Counted from the first letter of the stretch, positions 30,206-41,479 are shown. The stretch is 64,000 nucleotides of DNA from Trueperaceae bacterium (GCA_034521815.1 JAXHLW010000013.1:480001-544000); one strand, 5' to 3'. The notes: generated from the sequence alone by a model not told the origin. Translations and numbers: made by a program.

Positions 30206-31329
30206 GCCGCATCGTGCCGGGCGACGCCGCGGGCGTGAGGGACGCCGTGCGCACCCTGCTCGCCGGGGGGCTCGTCGCGTTCCCGACCGAGACCGTGTAC
30301 GGGCTGGGCGCCCGGGCGCGCGACGTGAACGCCGTTCGGTCGGTATTTCGCGCCAAGGGGCGCCCCGCGGATCATCCCCTGATCGTGCACCTCCCCACCG
30401 ACGCGTCGCTGGACGACTGGGCCGCCGACGTGCCCCAGGCGGCGCGCACGCTGGCTGCGCGCTTCTGGCCGGGACCGCTCACGCTGGTGCTTCGTCGCGC
30501 GCCAGGCGTGGCGAACGAGATCACCGGCGGGCAGGACACCGTCGCGCTACGCACGCCGTCCCATCCGGTCGCGGTCGCCCTGCTCCGTGCCCTCGGCGAG
30601 CCCGTCGTCGCGCCGTCGGCGAACCGGTTCGGCCGGATCAGCCCGACCCGCGCAGAGCACGTCGCCAGCGAGTTCTCCGACCTCGACCTCACCGTCCTCG
30701 ATGGCGGGCCGTGCGACGTCGGTCTCGAATCGACGATCGTGGACCTGTCGGGAGCAGCGCCGGCGCTGCTTCGCCCCGGCGCGGTGTCCGGAGCCGAGCT
30801 CGAGCGGGCGCTGGGCGCTCGCCTGGTGCTGCCCGGCGAGCTCGGACCCGCCGTGCCCCGGGTACCGGGCCGGCTGGAACGCCACTACGCCCCCGCCGCA
30901 CCGACGCGCCTGATCGACGCCGCCGAGCTGCGCACGCCGTTTCCGCGGCTGGAGGGCGCGGCGCTGCTGCTCTGCCGCGCTCCGCTGCCGGACGGAGGCT
31001 TCGCGGCGATCCGTCGGCTTCAGGCCGAGCCCGTCGCCTACGGACGGGAGCTCTACGCGGCGCTCAGGGCGCTGGACGCGGCGTCCCCAAGCGAGGTGAT
31101 CATCGAGCGGCCTCCTGCCGGGGAGATGTGGACGGCCGTCCACGACCGGCTTGCACGCGCGACCGGTTCGCGACCCGGTCAGGATAGCGGCGGCCTGCAC
31201 GCTGGCGACCCCGCCCACGATGTCGTCCGCGACGAGCCCGCGAGCGACGAGCCTGCGGACGACGAGCCCGCCGGGAGCGAGCGAGCCCGTGACCACGGCG
31301 ATCCGCGCCACGACGAGGAGCGACGATGA
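30202..31329 (+). CDS. sua5: L-threonylcarbamoyladenylate synthase (Sua5 type)
   Basis: [51 protein letters not shown]; acidic repeat tail. Confidence 0.94.
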   Translation: MSRIVPGDAAGVRDAVRTLLAGGLVAFPTETVYGLGARARDVNAVRSVFRAKGRPADHPLIVHLPTDASLDDWAADVPQAARTLAARFWPGPLTLVLRRAPGVANEITGGQDTVALRTPSHPVAVALLRALGEPVVAPSANRFGRISPTRAEHVASEFSDLDLTVLDGGPCDVGLESTIVDLSGAAPALLRPGAVSGAELERALGARLVLPGELGPAVPRVPGRLERHYAPAAPTRLIDAAELRTPFPRLEGAALLLCRAPLPDGGFAAIRRLQAEPVAYGRELYAALRALDAASPSEVIIERPPAGEMWTAVHDRLARATGSRPGQDSGGLHAGDPAHDVVRDEPASDEPADDEPAGSERARDHGDPRHDEERR

Positions 31330-31940
31330 GCGACGACCCGACACGATCCGATCCGAAAGACGCCGACGCGCGAGCGTCGACCGCACGCCATGACGCCGCC
31401 GGATCCGAGGCGAGGTCCGAGGCGGATCGACCCGACCCACGTGCACCCCTGGTCGCCGTGCTCATGGGCAGCGCCAGCGACTGGGACACGATGCGCGAGG
31501 CCGACGAGGTGCTCGGCGAGTTCGACGTACCGCACGTCTGCCGTGTCGTCTCCGCCCACCGCACGCCCGACCGGCTGCGCGACGTCGCCACCGCGGCGGC
31601 GGAGCAGGGGACGGAGGTGATCATCGCCGGCGCCGGTGGCGCCGCCCACCTGCCCGGCATGCTGGCCGCCTGGACGCACCTTCCGGTGTTGGGCGTGCCC
31701 GTGCGCAGCCGCGCGCTCGCGGGGACGGACTCGCTGCTGTCGATCGTGCAGATGCCGCGCGGCGTGCCGGTCGGCACGCTCGCCATCGGCGGCGCCGGCG
31801 CTGCGAACGCGGCGCTGTTGGCGGTCCGCATCCTGGCGCTCGGCCGGCCGGAGCTGGCCGAGCGCCTGAAGAGCTACGCGAGTGCGCAAGCGCAGGCGTC
31901 CGAGGCGTCGGAGCTGCCCACGACGAGCTACCGGCCGTGA
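31326..31940 (+). CDS. purE: N5-carboxyaminoimidazole ribonucleotide mutase
   Basis: [33 protein letters not shown]. Confidence 0.96.
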   Translation: MSDDPTRSDPKDADARASTARHDAAGSEARSEADRPDPRAPLVAVLMGSASDWDTMREADEVLGEFDVPHVCRVVSAHRTPDRLRDVATAAAEQGTEVIIAGAGGAAHLPGMLAAWTHLPVLGVPVRSRALAGTDSLLSIVQMPRGVPVGTLAIGGAGAANAALLAVRILALGRPELAERLKSYASAQAQASEASELPTTSYRP

Positions 31941-33127
31941 AGGCAGCGGCCGTGCGCGGGGTCGACGCGCCGATCGTGCCGGGCGGCACCCTGGGCGTGC
32001 TGGGCACGGGCCAGCTCGGACGGATGTTCGCCGCGGCAGCGGTCCGGATGGGGTACCGCGTGCACGTGTTCGGGCCGGACGCCGAGCGGGCGCCTGCCGC
32101 CGCCCACGCCCAGCGGGTCGTGTCCGCGGGCTGGGACGACGAGGAGGCGCTCGCGTCGTTCGCACGGGGCGTCGACGCGGTCACGCTGGAGTTCGAGAAC
32201 GTGCCGACCGCGGCGCTCGACCTGGTCGCCAGGCACGCGCCGGTCCGGCCCGGCCCCCAGGCGCTGCACGTCGCGCAGAATCGCGGCCGTGAGAAGGCGT
32301 TCCTGGAGCGCCTCGGCGTGCCGGTGGCCGCCTGGTCGCTGGTCGAGAGCGCGGACGCGGCGGCCGAGGCGTCGGCGCGTCTCGGGGGACCGGGGCTGCT
32401 CAAGACCGCCGGCTTCGGCTACGACGGCAAGGGACAAGCGGCGCTGGACCAGCCCGGCGACGCCGGGGCCGCCTGGCGCGCCATCGGCGGGGGACCGGCC
32501 GTGCTCGAAGCTCGTATCGCGCTGGAGCTCGAGTTCTCGGTGGTCGCCGCCCTCGACGTGAGGGGCCGCTTCGTGCCGTTCCCTCCGACCGCGAATCGTC
32601 ATGTGAACGGGATCTTGGACCTGTCCTCGACGCCGCTGGCGCTTCCGCCGGCCGTTCTGCAGGAGGCGACCGAGGCGACCGAGGCGGTGCTGCGTGGCCT
32701 GGAGCTGGTCGGGGTCGCGTGCGTCGAGTTCTTCTTCGGCGAAGGCGGTCGGCTCACGGTGAACGAGGTCGCGCCGCGGCCGCACAACTCAGGTCACTGG
32801 ACGATCGAGGGCGCCGCGGTGTCGCAGTTCGAGCAGCAGGTCCGCGCCGTCGCCGCCCTGCCGCTGGGCGACCCTTCGCCGCACGGGGCGGCGGCGATGG
32901 CGAACCTGCTGGGCGACGCCTGGACGGCCGGCGAGCCGGACTGGCCCGCCGCGCTGAGCGTGGAGGGAGCGACCCTGCACCTGTACGGCAAGCTCGAGGC
33001 GCGTCCCGGCCGGAAGATGGGTCACCTCACCGCCGTCGCGGCCACCTCCGCGGACGCGGAACGGACGGTGCTCACGGCGCGAGCGGCGCTGGCCGGCCGA
33101 GGCAGGGGCCCGCAGCGGCTACGGTAG
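31937..33127 (+). CDS. purK: N5-carboxyaminoimidazole ribonucleotide synthase
   Basis: [44 protein letters not shown]...RKMGH. Confidence 0.96.
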   Translation: MKAAAVRGVDAPIVPGGTLGVLGTGQLGRMFAAAAVRMGYRVHVFGPDAERAPAAAHAQRVVSAGWDDEEALASFARGVDAVTLEFENVPTAALDLVARHAPVRPGPQALHVAQNRGREKAFLERLGVPVAAWSLVESADAAAEASARLGGPGLLKTAGFGYDGKGQAALDQPGDAGAAWRAIGGGPAVLEARIALELEFSVVAALDVRGRFVPFPPTANRHVNGILDLSSTPLALPPAVLQEATEATEAVLRGLELVGVACVEFFFGEGGRLTVNEVAPRPHNSGHWTIEGAAVSQFEQQVRAVAALPLGDPSPHGAAAMANLLGDAWTAGEPDWPAALSVEGATLHLYGKLEARPGRKMGHLTAVAATSADAERTVLTARAALAGRGRGPQRLR

Positions 33128-33137
33128 TGTTTGGCTC

Positions 33138-35093
33138 ATGCAGAACGTCCTGCACCTCGACCCCGAGGCGCGTGATCTCTTTCTCGAAGCCCGCGCGGCC
33201 GCCCAGCGGCCGCTGGCCCGGCTGTCCGAGCGAGACCGGCAGATCTTCGTGTTGCGCCTCGAGCGCTGGTTCCAGAACCTCGTGGACGGGCTGCGGCCGG
33301 TGTACGGTCGACGGCCCGACTTCCGGAGCTTCGTCGTCAACTTGTGCCGCGAGATGGCCGAGGCGTACGCCGAGCGACCCGAGGCGCTCAAGGAGCTCGA
33401 CCTGGAGCGGGACCTCACCCCGGACTGGTTCCAGCGCGAGTCGATGCTGGGCTACGTGTTCTACGTCGATCGCTTCGCCGGCACGCTCCGCGGCGTGCGC
33501 GAGCGCCTGGACTACCTGACGGAGCTCGGCGCGACCTACCTGCACCTGATGTCCACGCTCCAGGCGCGCGAGGGAGCGAGCGACGGCGGCTACGCGATTC
33601 GCGACTACCGCGAGGTCGAGCCGGCGCTGGGCGACCGGGACGACCTCCGTGACACCTGCACCGTGCTTCGCGAGAAGGGGGTCAGCGTCTGCATCGACCT
33701 GGTCCTGAACCACTGCGCCGATCAGCACGAGTGGGCGCGTCGTGCCTTGGCCGGCGAGCAGCGCTACCAGGACTACTTCTACATGTACGAGGACCGCGCA
33801 GCCCCCGACGCGTACGAGCGGACGCTGCCCGAGATCTTCCCGGACATGGCGCCCGGAAGCTTCACCTACCGTCCCGAGATCGACCGCTGGGTGTGGACCA
33901 CGTTCCACGAGTACCAGTGGGACCTGAACTGGTCCAACCCGCAGGTGTTCCTCGAGATCGTCAGGATCATGCTGGACCTCGCGAACCTCGGCGTCGAGGT
34001 GTTCAGGCTCGACGCCGTGGCGTTCCTGTGGAAGCGTCTCGGCACGAACTGCCAGAACCAGCCGGAGGTGCACGACCTGCTCCAGGGTCTTCGCGCCTGC
34101 AGCAAGATCGCCACGCCCGCCGTGGCGCACAAGGCGGAGGCGATCGTCAGCCCGGACGATCTGGTCCACTACTTCGGCACCGGCCGGCGCTACGGCAAGG
34201 TGAGCAACATCGCGTACCACAACAGCCTGATGGTCCACTTCTGGTCCGCCCTGGCGAGTCGCGACACGCGCTTGATGACGCACACGCTGCGCGAGTTCCC
34301 GCGGACCCCGACCTCGATCGCCTGGGGCACGTATCTCCGCGGTCACGACGACATCGGCTGGGCGATCACCGACGCGGACGCCGCGGCGGTGGGCCTGGAC
34401 GCGTTCGCGCACCGCGCGTTCCTGTCCGACTTCTACTCCGGCCGGTTCCCGGGCAGTCACGCCCGAGGTCGCGTGTTCGGGTTCAATCCGCGAACGCAGG
34501 ACCGTCGCATCAGCGGCTCGGCCGCCAGTCTGGCCGGGCTCGAGAAGGCCCTCGAGACCGGCGACGAGCGGCTGGTGGCGCTGTCGATCGAGCGGATCCT
34601 GCTGGGCCACGCGCTGATCCTGGGCTTCGGGGGCATCCCGCTGCTGTACATGGGGGACGAGCTGGGGATGCGGAACGACTACGGCTACGAGCACGAGCCG
34701 CACGAGCTCGGCGACAACCGCTGGATGCACCGGCCTCGCATGGATTGGCGCGCGGCCGAGCGGCGCGACCTGGAGGGGACCGTCGAGGAGCGCATCTTCC
34801 ACGGCATCCGGCGCATGGTGAGGGCGCGCTCGCGGACGCCGCATCTGCACGCCTCGTACGCCACCGACGTCCTGGACATCGGCCATTCGCACGTGTTCGC
34901 GTACGCCCGGCCCCATCCGCTGGGGACGATGGTGGCGCTGATGAACTTCAGCGAGCAGGTGCAGACGGTCGACGCGGAGGTGCTCACGTCGCACGGGATC
35001 GAGCAGCCGTACGACCAGATCCAGCAGGCGTTCGTCGGGATCGAGGCCGGAGAGCTGGCGTTGACGCCGTACCAGCGCTACTGGCTCATCTGA
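33138..35093 (+). CDS. Amylosucrase (GH13_4)
   Basis: YVDRFAG, SDGGYA, DLVLNH, QWDLN, FRLDAVAFLWKRLGTNCQN, KAEAIV, YLRGHDDIGW, RISG, DNRWMHRP. Confidence 0.9.
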   Translation: MQNVLHLDPEARDLFLEARAAAQRPLARLSERDRQIFVLRLERWFQNLVDGLRPVYGRRPDFRSFVVNLCREMAEAYAERPEALKELDLERDLTPDWFQRESMLGYVFYVDRFAGTLRGVRERLDYLTELGATYLHLMSTLQAREGASDGGYAIRDYREVEPALGDRDDLRDTCTVLREKGVSVCIDLVLNHCADQHEWARRALAGEQRYQDYFYMYEDRAAPDAYERTLPEIFPDMAPGSFTYRPEIDRWVWTTFHEYQWDLNWSNPQVFLEIVRIMLDLANLGVEVFRLDAVAFLWKRLGTNCQNQPEVHDLLQGLRACSKIATPAVAHKAEAIVSPDDLVHYFGTGRRYGKVSNIAYHNSLMVHFWSALASRDTRLMTHTLREFPRTPTSIAWGTYLRGHDDIGWAITDADAAAVGLDAFAHRAFLSDFYSGRFPGSHARGRVFGFNPRTQDRRISGSAASLAGLEKALETGDERLVALSIERILLGHALILGFGGIPLLYMGDELGMRNDYGYEHEPHELGDNRWMHRPRMDWRAAERRDLEGTVEERIFHGIRRMVRARSRTPHLHASYATDVLDIGHSHVFAYARPHPLGTMVALMNFSEQVQTVDAEVLTSHGIEQPYDQIQQAFVGIEAGELALTPYQRYWLI

Positions 35094-35160
35094 GCACGTC
35101 CCTCTGATCACGTGCGCTCTGATCGCGTGCGCTCTGATCGCGTCGGCTCTGAACGCGTCC
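35088..35160. repeat. 14-15 bp tandem repeat (CTCTGATCGCGTGCG-like x5) starting on the amylosucrase stop codon
   Basis: TGA at 35091, 35105, 35120, 35135 and 35150. Confidence 0.85.
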
Positions 35161-35199
35161 GCGAGGCGCGCCTCCATCCGCGGCTCCGTCACCTGGGCC

Positions 35200-35229
35200 T
35201 TGTGCTGACCCGCCCGGAGAGGCTATACT
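35200..35229 (+). promoter_or_regulatory. Putative str-operon promoter (TTGTGC-N18-TATACT)
   Basis: TATACT at 35224-35229, about 200 nt upstream of rpsL. Confidence 0.65.
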
Positions 35230-35431
35230 GCACCGGTTTGCGTCCCCCTGGCTCGCAACGACGGGTCTGGGGGCTGGTCTGTCGCATGCGCCCCGGTGGC
35301 GCAAGAGCGGGCCGAAAGCACCATCCTGAAGGGGCGGACGGTCCGTCCCACCGAACCCAGAAGCGAGGCCCGAGCCACCGCGCCGGACGTCGCATCGACG
35401 CCGGCGACGCCGAGTACGAGGAGTGATCACG

Positions 35432-35821
35432 CTGCCCACCGTCAACCAGCTGCTCCGCAAGGGGCGCAACAAACTGAGCAAGAAGAACAAGACCCCCGCC
35501 CTGAAGGGCAGCCCGCAGCGCCGTGGCGTCTGCACGGCGGTCAAGACCCAGACGCCGAAGAAGCCGAACTCCGCGCTTCGCAAGATCGCCCGCGTCCGGC
35601 TGTCCACCGGCTACGAGGTCACCGCCTACATCCCGGGCGAGAAGCACAACCTCCAGGAGCACTCGGTCGTGCTGATCCGCGGCGGCCGCGTGAAGGACCT
35701 GCCGGGCGTCCGCTACCACATCGTCCGTGGCGCGCTCGACGCTCAGGGCGTCGAGGTCGGTCGCTACGTCCAACGCAACCAGGGCCGAAGCAAGTACGGC
35801 ACCAAGAAGCCGAAGAAGTAG
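35432..35821 (+). CDS. rpsL: 30S ribosomal protein S12 (probable CTG start)
   Basis: [32 protein letters not shown] 8 nt upstream of CTG 35432. Confidence 0.97.
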   Translation: MPTVNQLLRKGRNKLSKKNKTPALKGSPQRRGVCTAVKTQTPKKPNSALRKIARVRLSTGYEVTAYIPGEKHNLQEHSVVLIRGGRVKDLPGVRYHIVRGALDAQGVEVGRYVQRNQGRSKYGTKKPKK

Positions 35822-35832
35822 GGGGAGCCAGA

Positions 35833-36303
35833 ATGGGTCGCAGAAGACGCGCCGAGATCCGCAAGCTCGAACCGGACCTGGTCTACGCCGACACCACCGT
35901 GACGGCGTTCGTGAACAAGCTGATGCGTGCCGGGAAGAAGAACCTCGCCAGCCGCATCTTCTACGGGGCGTGCCGCCTCATGCAGGAGCGCAGCGGCCAG
36001 GAGCCTCTCAAGGTGTTCCGCCAGGCGCTGGACAACGTCCGCCCGCGCACGGAGGTCAAGAGCCGACGCGTCGGCGGCGCCACGTACCAGGTGCCGGTCG
36101 AGGTCGGTCCGCGCCGTTCGCACTCGCTGAGCATGCGTTGGCTGGTCGCCGCGTCGGACTCGCGTCCGGAGCGCACCGCCGTCGAGCGCGTCGCGGGCGA
36201 GCTGCTGGACGCCTCGCAGGGCCGCGGCGGCGCCGTGAAGAAGAAGGAGGACGTCGAGCGCATGGCGGAGGCGAACCGAGCCTACGCCCACTACCGCTGG
36301 TAG
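35833..36303 (+). CDS. rpsG: 30S ribosomal protein S7
   Basis: [32 protein letters not shown]. Confidence 0.98.
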   Translation: MGRRRRAEIRKLEPDLVYADTTVTAFVNKLMRAGKKNLASRIFYGACRLMQERSGQEPLKVFRQALDNVRPRTEVKSRRVGGATYQVPVEVGPRRSHSLSMRWLVAASDSRPERTAVERVAGELLDASQGRGGAVKKKEDVERMAEANRAYAHYRW

Positions 36304-36319
36304 TCGCCGACAAACGATC

Positions 36320-38389
36320 ATGACGACCGAGACCAAGATCGATCTCCATATGACGCGCAACATCGGGATCGCCGCCCATATCGACGCGGGCAAGACGACC
36401 CTGACCGAGCGCATCCTGTTCTACGCCGGCCGCATCCACAAGATGGGAGAGACCCACGAGGGGGGCTCCCAGATGGACTGGATGGAGCAGGAGAAGGAGC
36501 GCGGCATCACCATCACGTCCGCGGTGACGCAGTGCGCCTGGAACGGCTACACGATCAACATCATCGACACGCCCGGCCACGTGGACTTCACGATGGAGGT
36601 CGAGCGTTCGATGCGCGTTCTGGACGCGGCCGTGGCCGTGTTCGACGCTTCGCAGGGCGTCGAGCCTCAGTCCGAGACGGTCTGGCGTCAAGCCGATCGC
36701 TACAAGGTGCCCCGCCTCGCGTTCGCGAACAAGATGGACAAGACGGGCGCCGACTTCCAGCTGGTGCTCGACTCGATGGACGAGCGCCTGGCGGCCAACG
36801 CCGTGGCGATCCAGTGGCCGATGGGCGCCGAGGACGACTTCCTGGGCGTGATCGATCTGGTCGAGCTCAAGGCCTACACGTACGGCGACGATCTCGGTCA
36901 GGACATCCGCGTCTCCGAGATTCCCGACGAGTACGTCGAGCTGGCCAACGAGAAGCGCACGCTGATGATCGAGAAGCTCGCCGACGTCGACGACGAGGTC
37001 GCGATGAGCTTCCTCGAGGGCGAAGAGATCGCCGTCGACGTGATCAAGAACGCGATTCGTCAGGGCGTCATCGATCTCGCGCTGTTCCCGGTCATGTGCG
37101 GCTCCGCGCTGAAGAACAAGGGCGTGCAGCGGGTGCTGGACGCGGTGACCTACTACCTGCCGAGCCCCCTCGACGTGCCGCCGATCCACGGCGTGCTCGA
37201 GGACGGCACGGAAGAGGTCCGGCCGGCCGACGCCGACGCGCCCACCTCCGCTCTGGCGTTCAAGATCGCCGCGGATCCGTACGTGGGCCGCCTGACCTTC
37301 GTCCGGGTGTACTCGGGCGTGCTCGAGGCCGGCAGCTACGTGCTGAACGTGTCGAAGGGCAAGCGCGAGCGCATCGGGCGGCTGCTCAAGATGCACGCCA
37401 ACAGCCGTGAAGAGGTGGACCGCATCTCCGCAGGCGATCTGGGCGCCGTGATCGGTCTGAAGGACACCAGCACCGGCGACACGCTGTCGCACGTCGACCA
37501 CCCGATCGAGCTCGAGTCGATCGAGATCCCCGAGCCGGTCATCACGGTCGCCATCGAGCCCGTCTCGAAGGCGGACCAGGACAAGCTGGGCGCGGGGCTC
37601 GCGAAGCTCGCCGAGGAGGATCCGACGTTCCGCGTCGAGACCGACCCGGAGACCGGACAGACGAAGATCTCGGGCATGGGCGAGCTGCACCTCGACATCC
37701 TCGTCGACCGGCTCAAGCGCGAGTTCAAGGTCAACGCCCACGTCGGCGCGCCCCAGGTGGCGTACCGCGAGACGATCACCCGCCACGTCGAGGTCGAGGG
37801 CAAGTTCGTCCGCCAGACCGGTGGCCGCGGCCAGTACGGCCACGTCAAGATCAAGGCCGAGCCGCGCGAGCGGGGCGAGGGGTTCGAGTTCGAGAACTCC
37901 GTCGTCGGCGGGACGATCCCGAAGGACTTCATCCCCGCCGTCCAGAAGGGCGTCGAGGAGTCGATGCAGAGCGGTCCGTTGCTCGGCTTCCCGATCGTGG
38001 ACATGAAGATCTCGCTCTACGACGGCTCCTACCACGAGGTCGACAGCTCCGAGATGGCGTTCAAGATCGCCGCCTCGATGGCCGTGCGCAACGCGATGGA
38101 GAAGGGTGGCGCGGTCGTGCTGGAGCCGGTGATGCGCGTCGAGGTCGTCACGCCCGAGAACTACATGGGCGACGTCATCGGCAACCTGAACTCCCGGCGC
38201 GGCCAGATCCAGGGCATGGAGCCTCGCGGCAACGCGCAGGTCGTCACCGCCCACGTTCCGCTGGCCGAGATGTTCGGCTACGCGACCGACCTCCGCAGCC
38301 TGAGTCAGGGCCGCGCGACCTTCACGATGTTCCTCGACCACTACACCGCGGTGCCCAAGGGCATCCAAGAAGAGCTCACCAAGAAGTAA
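36320..38389 (+). CDS. fusA: Elongation factor G
   Basis: [46 protein letters not shown]. Confidence 0.99.
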   Translation: MTTETKIDLHMTRNIGIAAHIDAGKTTLTERILFYAGRIHKMGETHEGGSQMDWMEQEKERGITITSAVTQCAWNGYTINIIDTPGHVDFTMEVERSMRVLDAAVAVFDASQGVEPQSETVWRQADRYKVPRLAFANKMDKTGADFQLVLDSMDERLAANAVAIQWPMGAEDDFLGVIDLVELKAYTYGDDLGQDIRVSEIPDEYVELANEKRTLMIEKLADVDDEVAMSFLEGEEIAVDVIKNAIRQGVIDLALFPVMCGSALKNKGVQRVLDAVTYYLPSPLDVPPIHGVLEDGTEEVRPADADAPTSALAFKIAADPYVGRLTFVRVYSGVLEAGSYVLNVSKGKRERIGRLLKMHANSREEVDRISAGDLGAVIGLKDTSTGDTLSHVDHPIELESIEIPEPVITVAIEPVSKADQDKLGAGLAKLAEEDPTFRVETDPETGQTKISGMGELHLDILVDRLKREFKVNAHVGAPQVAYRETITRHVEVEGKFVRQTGGRGQYGHVKIKAEPRERGEGFEFENSVVGGTIPKDFIPAVQKGVEESMQSGPLLGFPIVDMKISLYDGSYHEVDSSEMAFKIAASMAVRNAMEKGGAVVLEPVMRVEVVTPENYMGDVIGNLNSRRGQIQGMEPRGNAQVVTAHVPLAEMFGYATDLRSLSQGRATFTMFLDHYTAVPKGIQEELTKK

Positions 38390-38417
38390 TCCCCAGGGAT
38401 TCAGAGGAGAAGCTGTC

Positions 38418-39635
38418 ATGGCGAAAGCTACGTTCAACCGTACGAAGCCGCATGTGAATGTTGGGACGATTGGGCATGTGGATCATGGGAAGACGACGTT
38501 GACGGCGGCGATTACGTTTGCTGCTGCGGCGATGGATCCGTCGGCGACGACGATGTCGTATGACCAGATTGATAAGGCGCCGGAGGAGAAGGCGCGTGGG
38601 ATTACGATTAATACGTCGCATGTGGAGTATCAGACGGAGTCGCGTCATTACAGTCATGTGGATTGTCCGGGGCATGCGGATTATGTGAAGAACATGATTA
38701 CGGGTGCTGCGCAGATGGATGGTGCGGTGTTGGTGGTGTCGGCTGCGGATGGTCCGATGCCGCAGACGCGTGAGCACATTTTGTTGGCTCGGCAGGTGGG
38801 GGTTCCTTACATTTCCGTGTTTTTGAACAAGGTGGACATGGTGGATGATGAGGAGTTGTTGGAGCTTGTGGAGATGGAGGTTCGTGAGCTTTTGTCTAGT
38901 TACGAGTTTCCTGGGGATGATGTGCCTGTGGTGTCTGGGTCTGCGTTGAAGGCGTTGGAGGCGTTGTCGGCGAATCCGAATGTGCAGCGTGGTGAGGATG
39001 CGTGGGTGGATAAGGTTTGGGAGCTTCTTGATGCGGTGGATGCGTATATTCCGACGCCTGAGCGGGATGTGGATAAGCCGTTTTTGATGCCTGTCGAGGA
39101 TGTGTTCACGATTACGGGTCGTGGGACGGTGGCGACGGGTCGTGTTGAGCGGGGTGTTGTGAAGACGGGGGATGAGGTTGAGGTTGTTGGTCTTGTCGGC
39201 GACGCGGAAGACGGTTGTGACGGGTGTGGAGATGCATCGGAAGACGTTGGATAGTGGGATGGCTGGGGATAATGTCGGGGTTTTGCTTCGTGGTGTGGCG
39301 CGGGATGATATCGAGCGTGGGCAGGTGCTTGCGAAGCCGGGTTCGATTACGCCGCATACGAGGTTTTCTGGGAGTGTGTACATTTTGAGGAAGGAGGAGG
39401 GGGGCGTCATTCGGCGTTTTTTGCGGGGTATCGTCCTCAGTTTTACTTTCGGACGACGGATGTGACGGGGGTTTGTACGTTGCCGTCGGATGTGGAGATG
39501 GTGATGCCGGGGGATAATGTGGAGTTGTCGGTGGAGTTGATCAAGCCGATTGCGATGGAGGAGGGTCTTCGGTTCGCGATTCGTGAGGGTGGTCGTACGG
39601 TGGGTGCGGGCGTCGTGACGGGAATCCAGGAGTAA
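38418..39635 (+). CDS. tuf: Elongation factor Tu; +1 then -1 frameshift in this assembly; extreme G/T3 codon bias
   Basis: [21 protein letters not shown]; shifts at ~39192-39196 and in the G-run 39399-39404; C-terminus [16 protein letters not shown]..., TAA at 39633; 405 codons in total. Confidence 0.95.
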
Positions 39636-39639
39636 TCTC

Positions 39640-39960
39640 GTGGCGACCCCGAAGATTCGTATCAAGCTCAAAGCGTTCGATCACCGCAGCCTCGACAGCT
39701 CGGCGACGCGAATCGTCGACACGGTGCGTCGAACCGGTGCGGACGTGGCCGGCCCCGTGCCGCTACCGACCCGTACCCGGCGCTTCTGCGTGTTGCGCGG
39801 CCCCTTTACCGACAAAGACAGCCGCGAGCACTTCGAGATCCGTACCCACAATCGGTTGATCGACATCAAATCGCCGACGAAGAGCACGATCGACAGCCTC
39901 ATGCACCTCGACCTCCCGACCGGGGTGGACATCGAGATCAAGACGGTCGGAGGGCGGTAA
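39640..39960 (+). CDS. rpsJ: 30S ribosomal protein S10
   Basis: [24 protein letters not shown]. Confidence 0.98.
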   Translation: MATPKIRIKLKAFDHRSLDSSATRIVDTVRRTGADVAGPVPLPTRTRRFCVLRGPFTDKDSREHFEIRTHNRLIDIKSPTKSTIDSLMHLDLPTGVDIEIKTVGGR

Positions 39961-40583
39961 TGAAAGGACTCCTCGGCACCAAGGTGGGCATGACCCAGGT
40001 CTGGCGCGGTGAGCGGCTCGTACCCGTCACCGTCGTCCTGGCCGGGCCGTGTCCCGTGGTGCAGCGCAAGAATCAAGCGACCGACGGCTACGACGCCGTC
40101 CAGCTCGGCTGGCACGAAACGTCGGGCAAGGCCGCCAACAAGCCTGCGCTGGGCCACTTCAAGATCCACGGGGTCGCTCCGCAGCGGCATCTCGTGGAGT
40201 TCCGCGACTACGTCCCCGACGGCGACGCCGTCACCGTCGAGATCTTCGAGGGTGGCGAGACCGTCGACGTGACCGGCACCAGCAAGGGCCGCGGCACGGC
40301 GGGCGTCGTCAAGCGCTGGGGGTTCGCCGGCATGCCCGCGACCCACGGCACGAAGAAGAAGCATCGTCACGGCGGCTCGATCGGCAACCGCAAGTCGCCC
40401 GGCCGCGTGTACAAGGGCAAGCGCATGGGCGGTCGGATGGGCGCGAAGCCGGTCACCACCGTCGGCCTCGAGGTCGTCGAAGTGCGCAGTGACGACAACC
40501 TGCTTCTGATCAAGGGCGCTCTGCCCGGCCCGAACGGCGGCCTGGTCGTCGTCAAGGCTTCGAACCGGAAGAAGGTGAGCTGA
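39960..40583 (+). CDS. rplC: 50S ribosomal protein L3
   Basis: [33 protein letters not shown]. Confidence 0.98.
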   Translation: MKGLLGTKVGMTQVWRGERLVPVTVVLAGPCPVVQRKNQATDGYDAVQLGWHETSGKAANKPALGHFKIHGVAPQRHLVEFRDYVPDGDAVTVEIFEGGETVDVTGTSKGRGTAGVVKRWGFAGMPATHGTKKKHRHGGSIGNRKSPGRVYKGKRMGGRMGAKPVTTVGLEVVEVRSDDNLLLIKGALPGPNGGLVVVKASNRKKVS

Positions 40584-41182
40584 TGCCGGTCACGCTGGAC
40601 GTCGTCGGTAGCGGCCGCACGGTGACCCTCGACCTGCCCGAGCCGCAGGAGTCGGTGCTCCACGAAGTGGTGCGCTGGCAGCTGAGCAAGCGGCGCCGCG
40701 GCACGGCGTCGACGAAGACGCGCGGCAAGGTCGTCGGCTCGACCGCCAAGATCTACCCGCAGAAGGGCACCGGCCGCGCGCGTCACGGCAGCCGCAAGGC
40801 GCCGATCTTCGTCGGCGGGGGCATCGCCTTCGGTCCCCAGCCGCGCGACTACGCCTACACCCTTCCCAAGCGCGTGCGCCGGCTGGGCCTGCACATGGCC
40901 CTCGCCGCCCGCGCCGAAGAGGGCAAGCTGACGCTGGTCGAGTCGTTCGACCTGAGCGGCAAGACCAAGGAGTTCGTCGCCTGGGCCGGTCAGAACGGCT
41001 TCGACGGCAGCGAGCGGGTGCTGCTCGTCACCGACGACGAGCTCGCCCGCCGCGCGGCCCGCAACCTGCCGTGGGTGGACGTGCTGCCCGGACGCGGGAT
41101 CAACGTCTACGACATCCTGCGCAACCAGGCGATCATCGCCGACGCCGCGCTGTTCGACCTGGACGAGGAGGAGGAGCGATGA
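40583..41182 (+). CDS. rplD: 50S ribosomal protein L4
   Basis: RRGTASTKTR, QKGTGRARHGS, FGPQPRD. Confidence 0.98.
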   Translation: MPVTLDVVGSGRTVTLDLPEPQESVLHEVVRWQLSKRRRGTASTKTRGKVVGSTAKIYPQKGTGRARHGSRKAPIFVGGGIAFGPQPRDYAYTLPKRVRRLGLHMALAARAEEGKLTLVESFDLSGKTKEFVAWAGQNGFDGSERVLLVTDDELARRAARNLPWVDVLPGRGINVYDILRNQAIIADAALFDLDEEEER

Positions 41183-41466
41183 ACCCGCACGACGTGATTC
41201 TCCGCCCCGTCCTGAGCGAGAAGGCGGTCATGGAGATCGAGAACGGCAAGTACGCGTTCTTCGTCCACCCGCACGCCAACCGCAGCCAGATCAAGGACGC
41301 GGTCGAAACCGTCTTCGAGGTCACGGTCGAGAAGATCAACCTGCAGAACGTCGGCGGGAAGACCAAGCGGATGGGCCGGTACGCCGGCAAGCGTCCCGAC
41401 CGCAAGAAGGCCATCGTCACCCTCGCTGCCGGAGAGAAGATCCAGCAGCTCGAGGGTCTCACCTAA
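41179..41466 (+). CDS. rplW: 50S ribosomal protein L23
   Basis: PVLSEKA, IKDAVE..F.V, KKAIVTL. Confidence 0.97.
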   Translation: MNPHDVILRPVLSEKAVMEIENGKYAFFVHPHANRSQIKDAVETVFEVTVEKINLQNVGGKTKRMGRYAGKRPDRKKAIVTLAAGEKIQQLEGLT

Positions 41467-41479
41467 GGGAGGGGCGCGC

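Noticed and set aside
35088-35160. CRISPR-like array (also considered at 23611-23666 and 15331-15384)
   Set aside because: Units are 11-15 bp, directly adjacent, with no unique spacers, and there are no cas genes in the window; these are tandem duplications
38418-39635. tuf as a horizontally acquired low-GC island or true pseudogene
   Set aside because: Protein signatures and operon position look native, A-ending codons are not raised, no mobility genes or flanking repeats are present, and the indels compensate with no other decay
38376-39671. 431-aa antisense ORF spanning tuf without interruption
   Set aside because: His/Arg/Ile/Leu-rich by-product of the G/T codon bias, which leaves few TCA/TTA/CTA triplets in that frame; no recognisable domain
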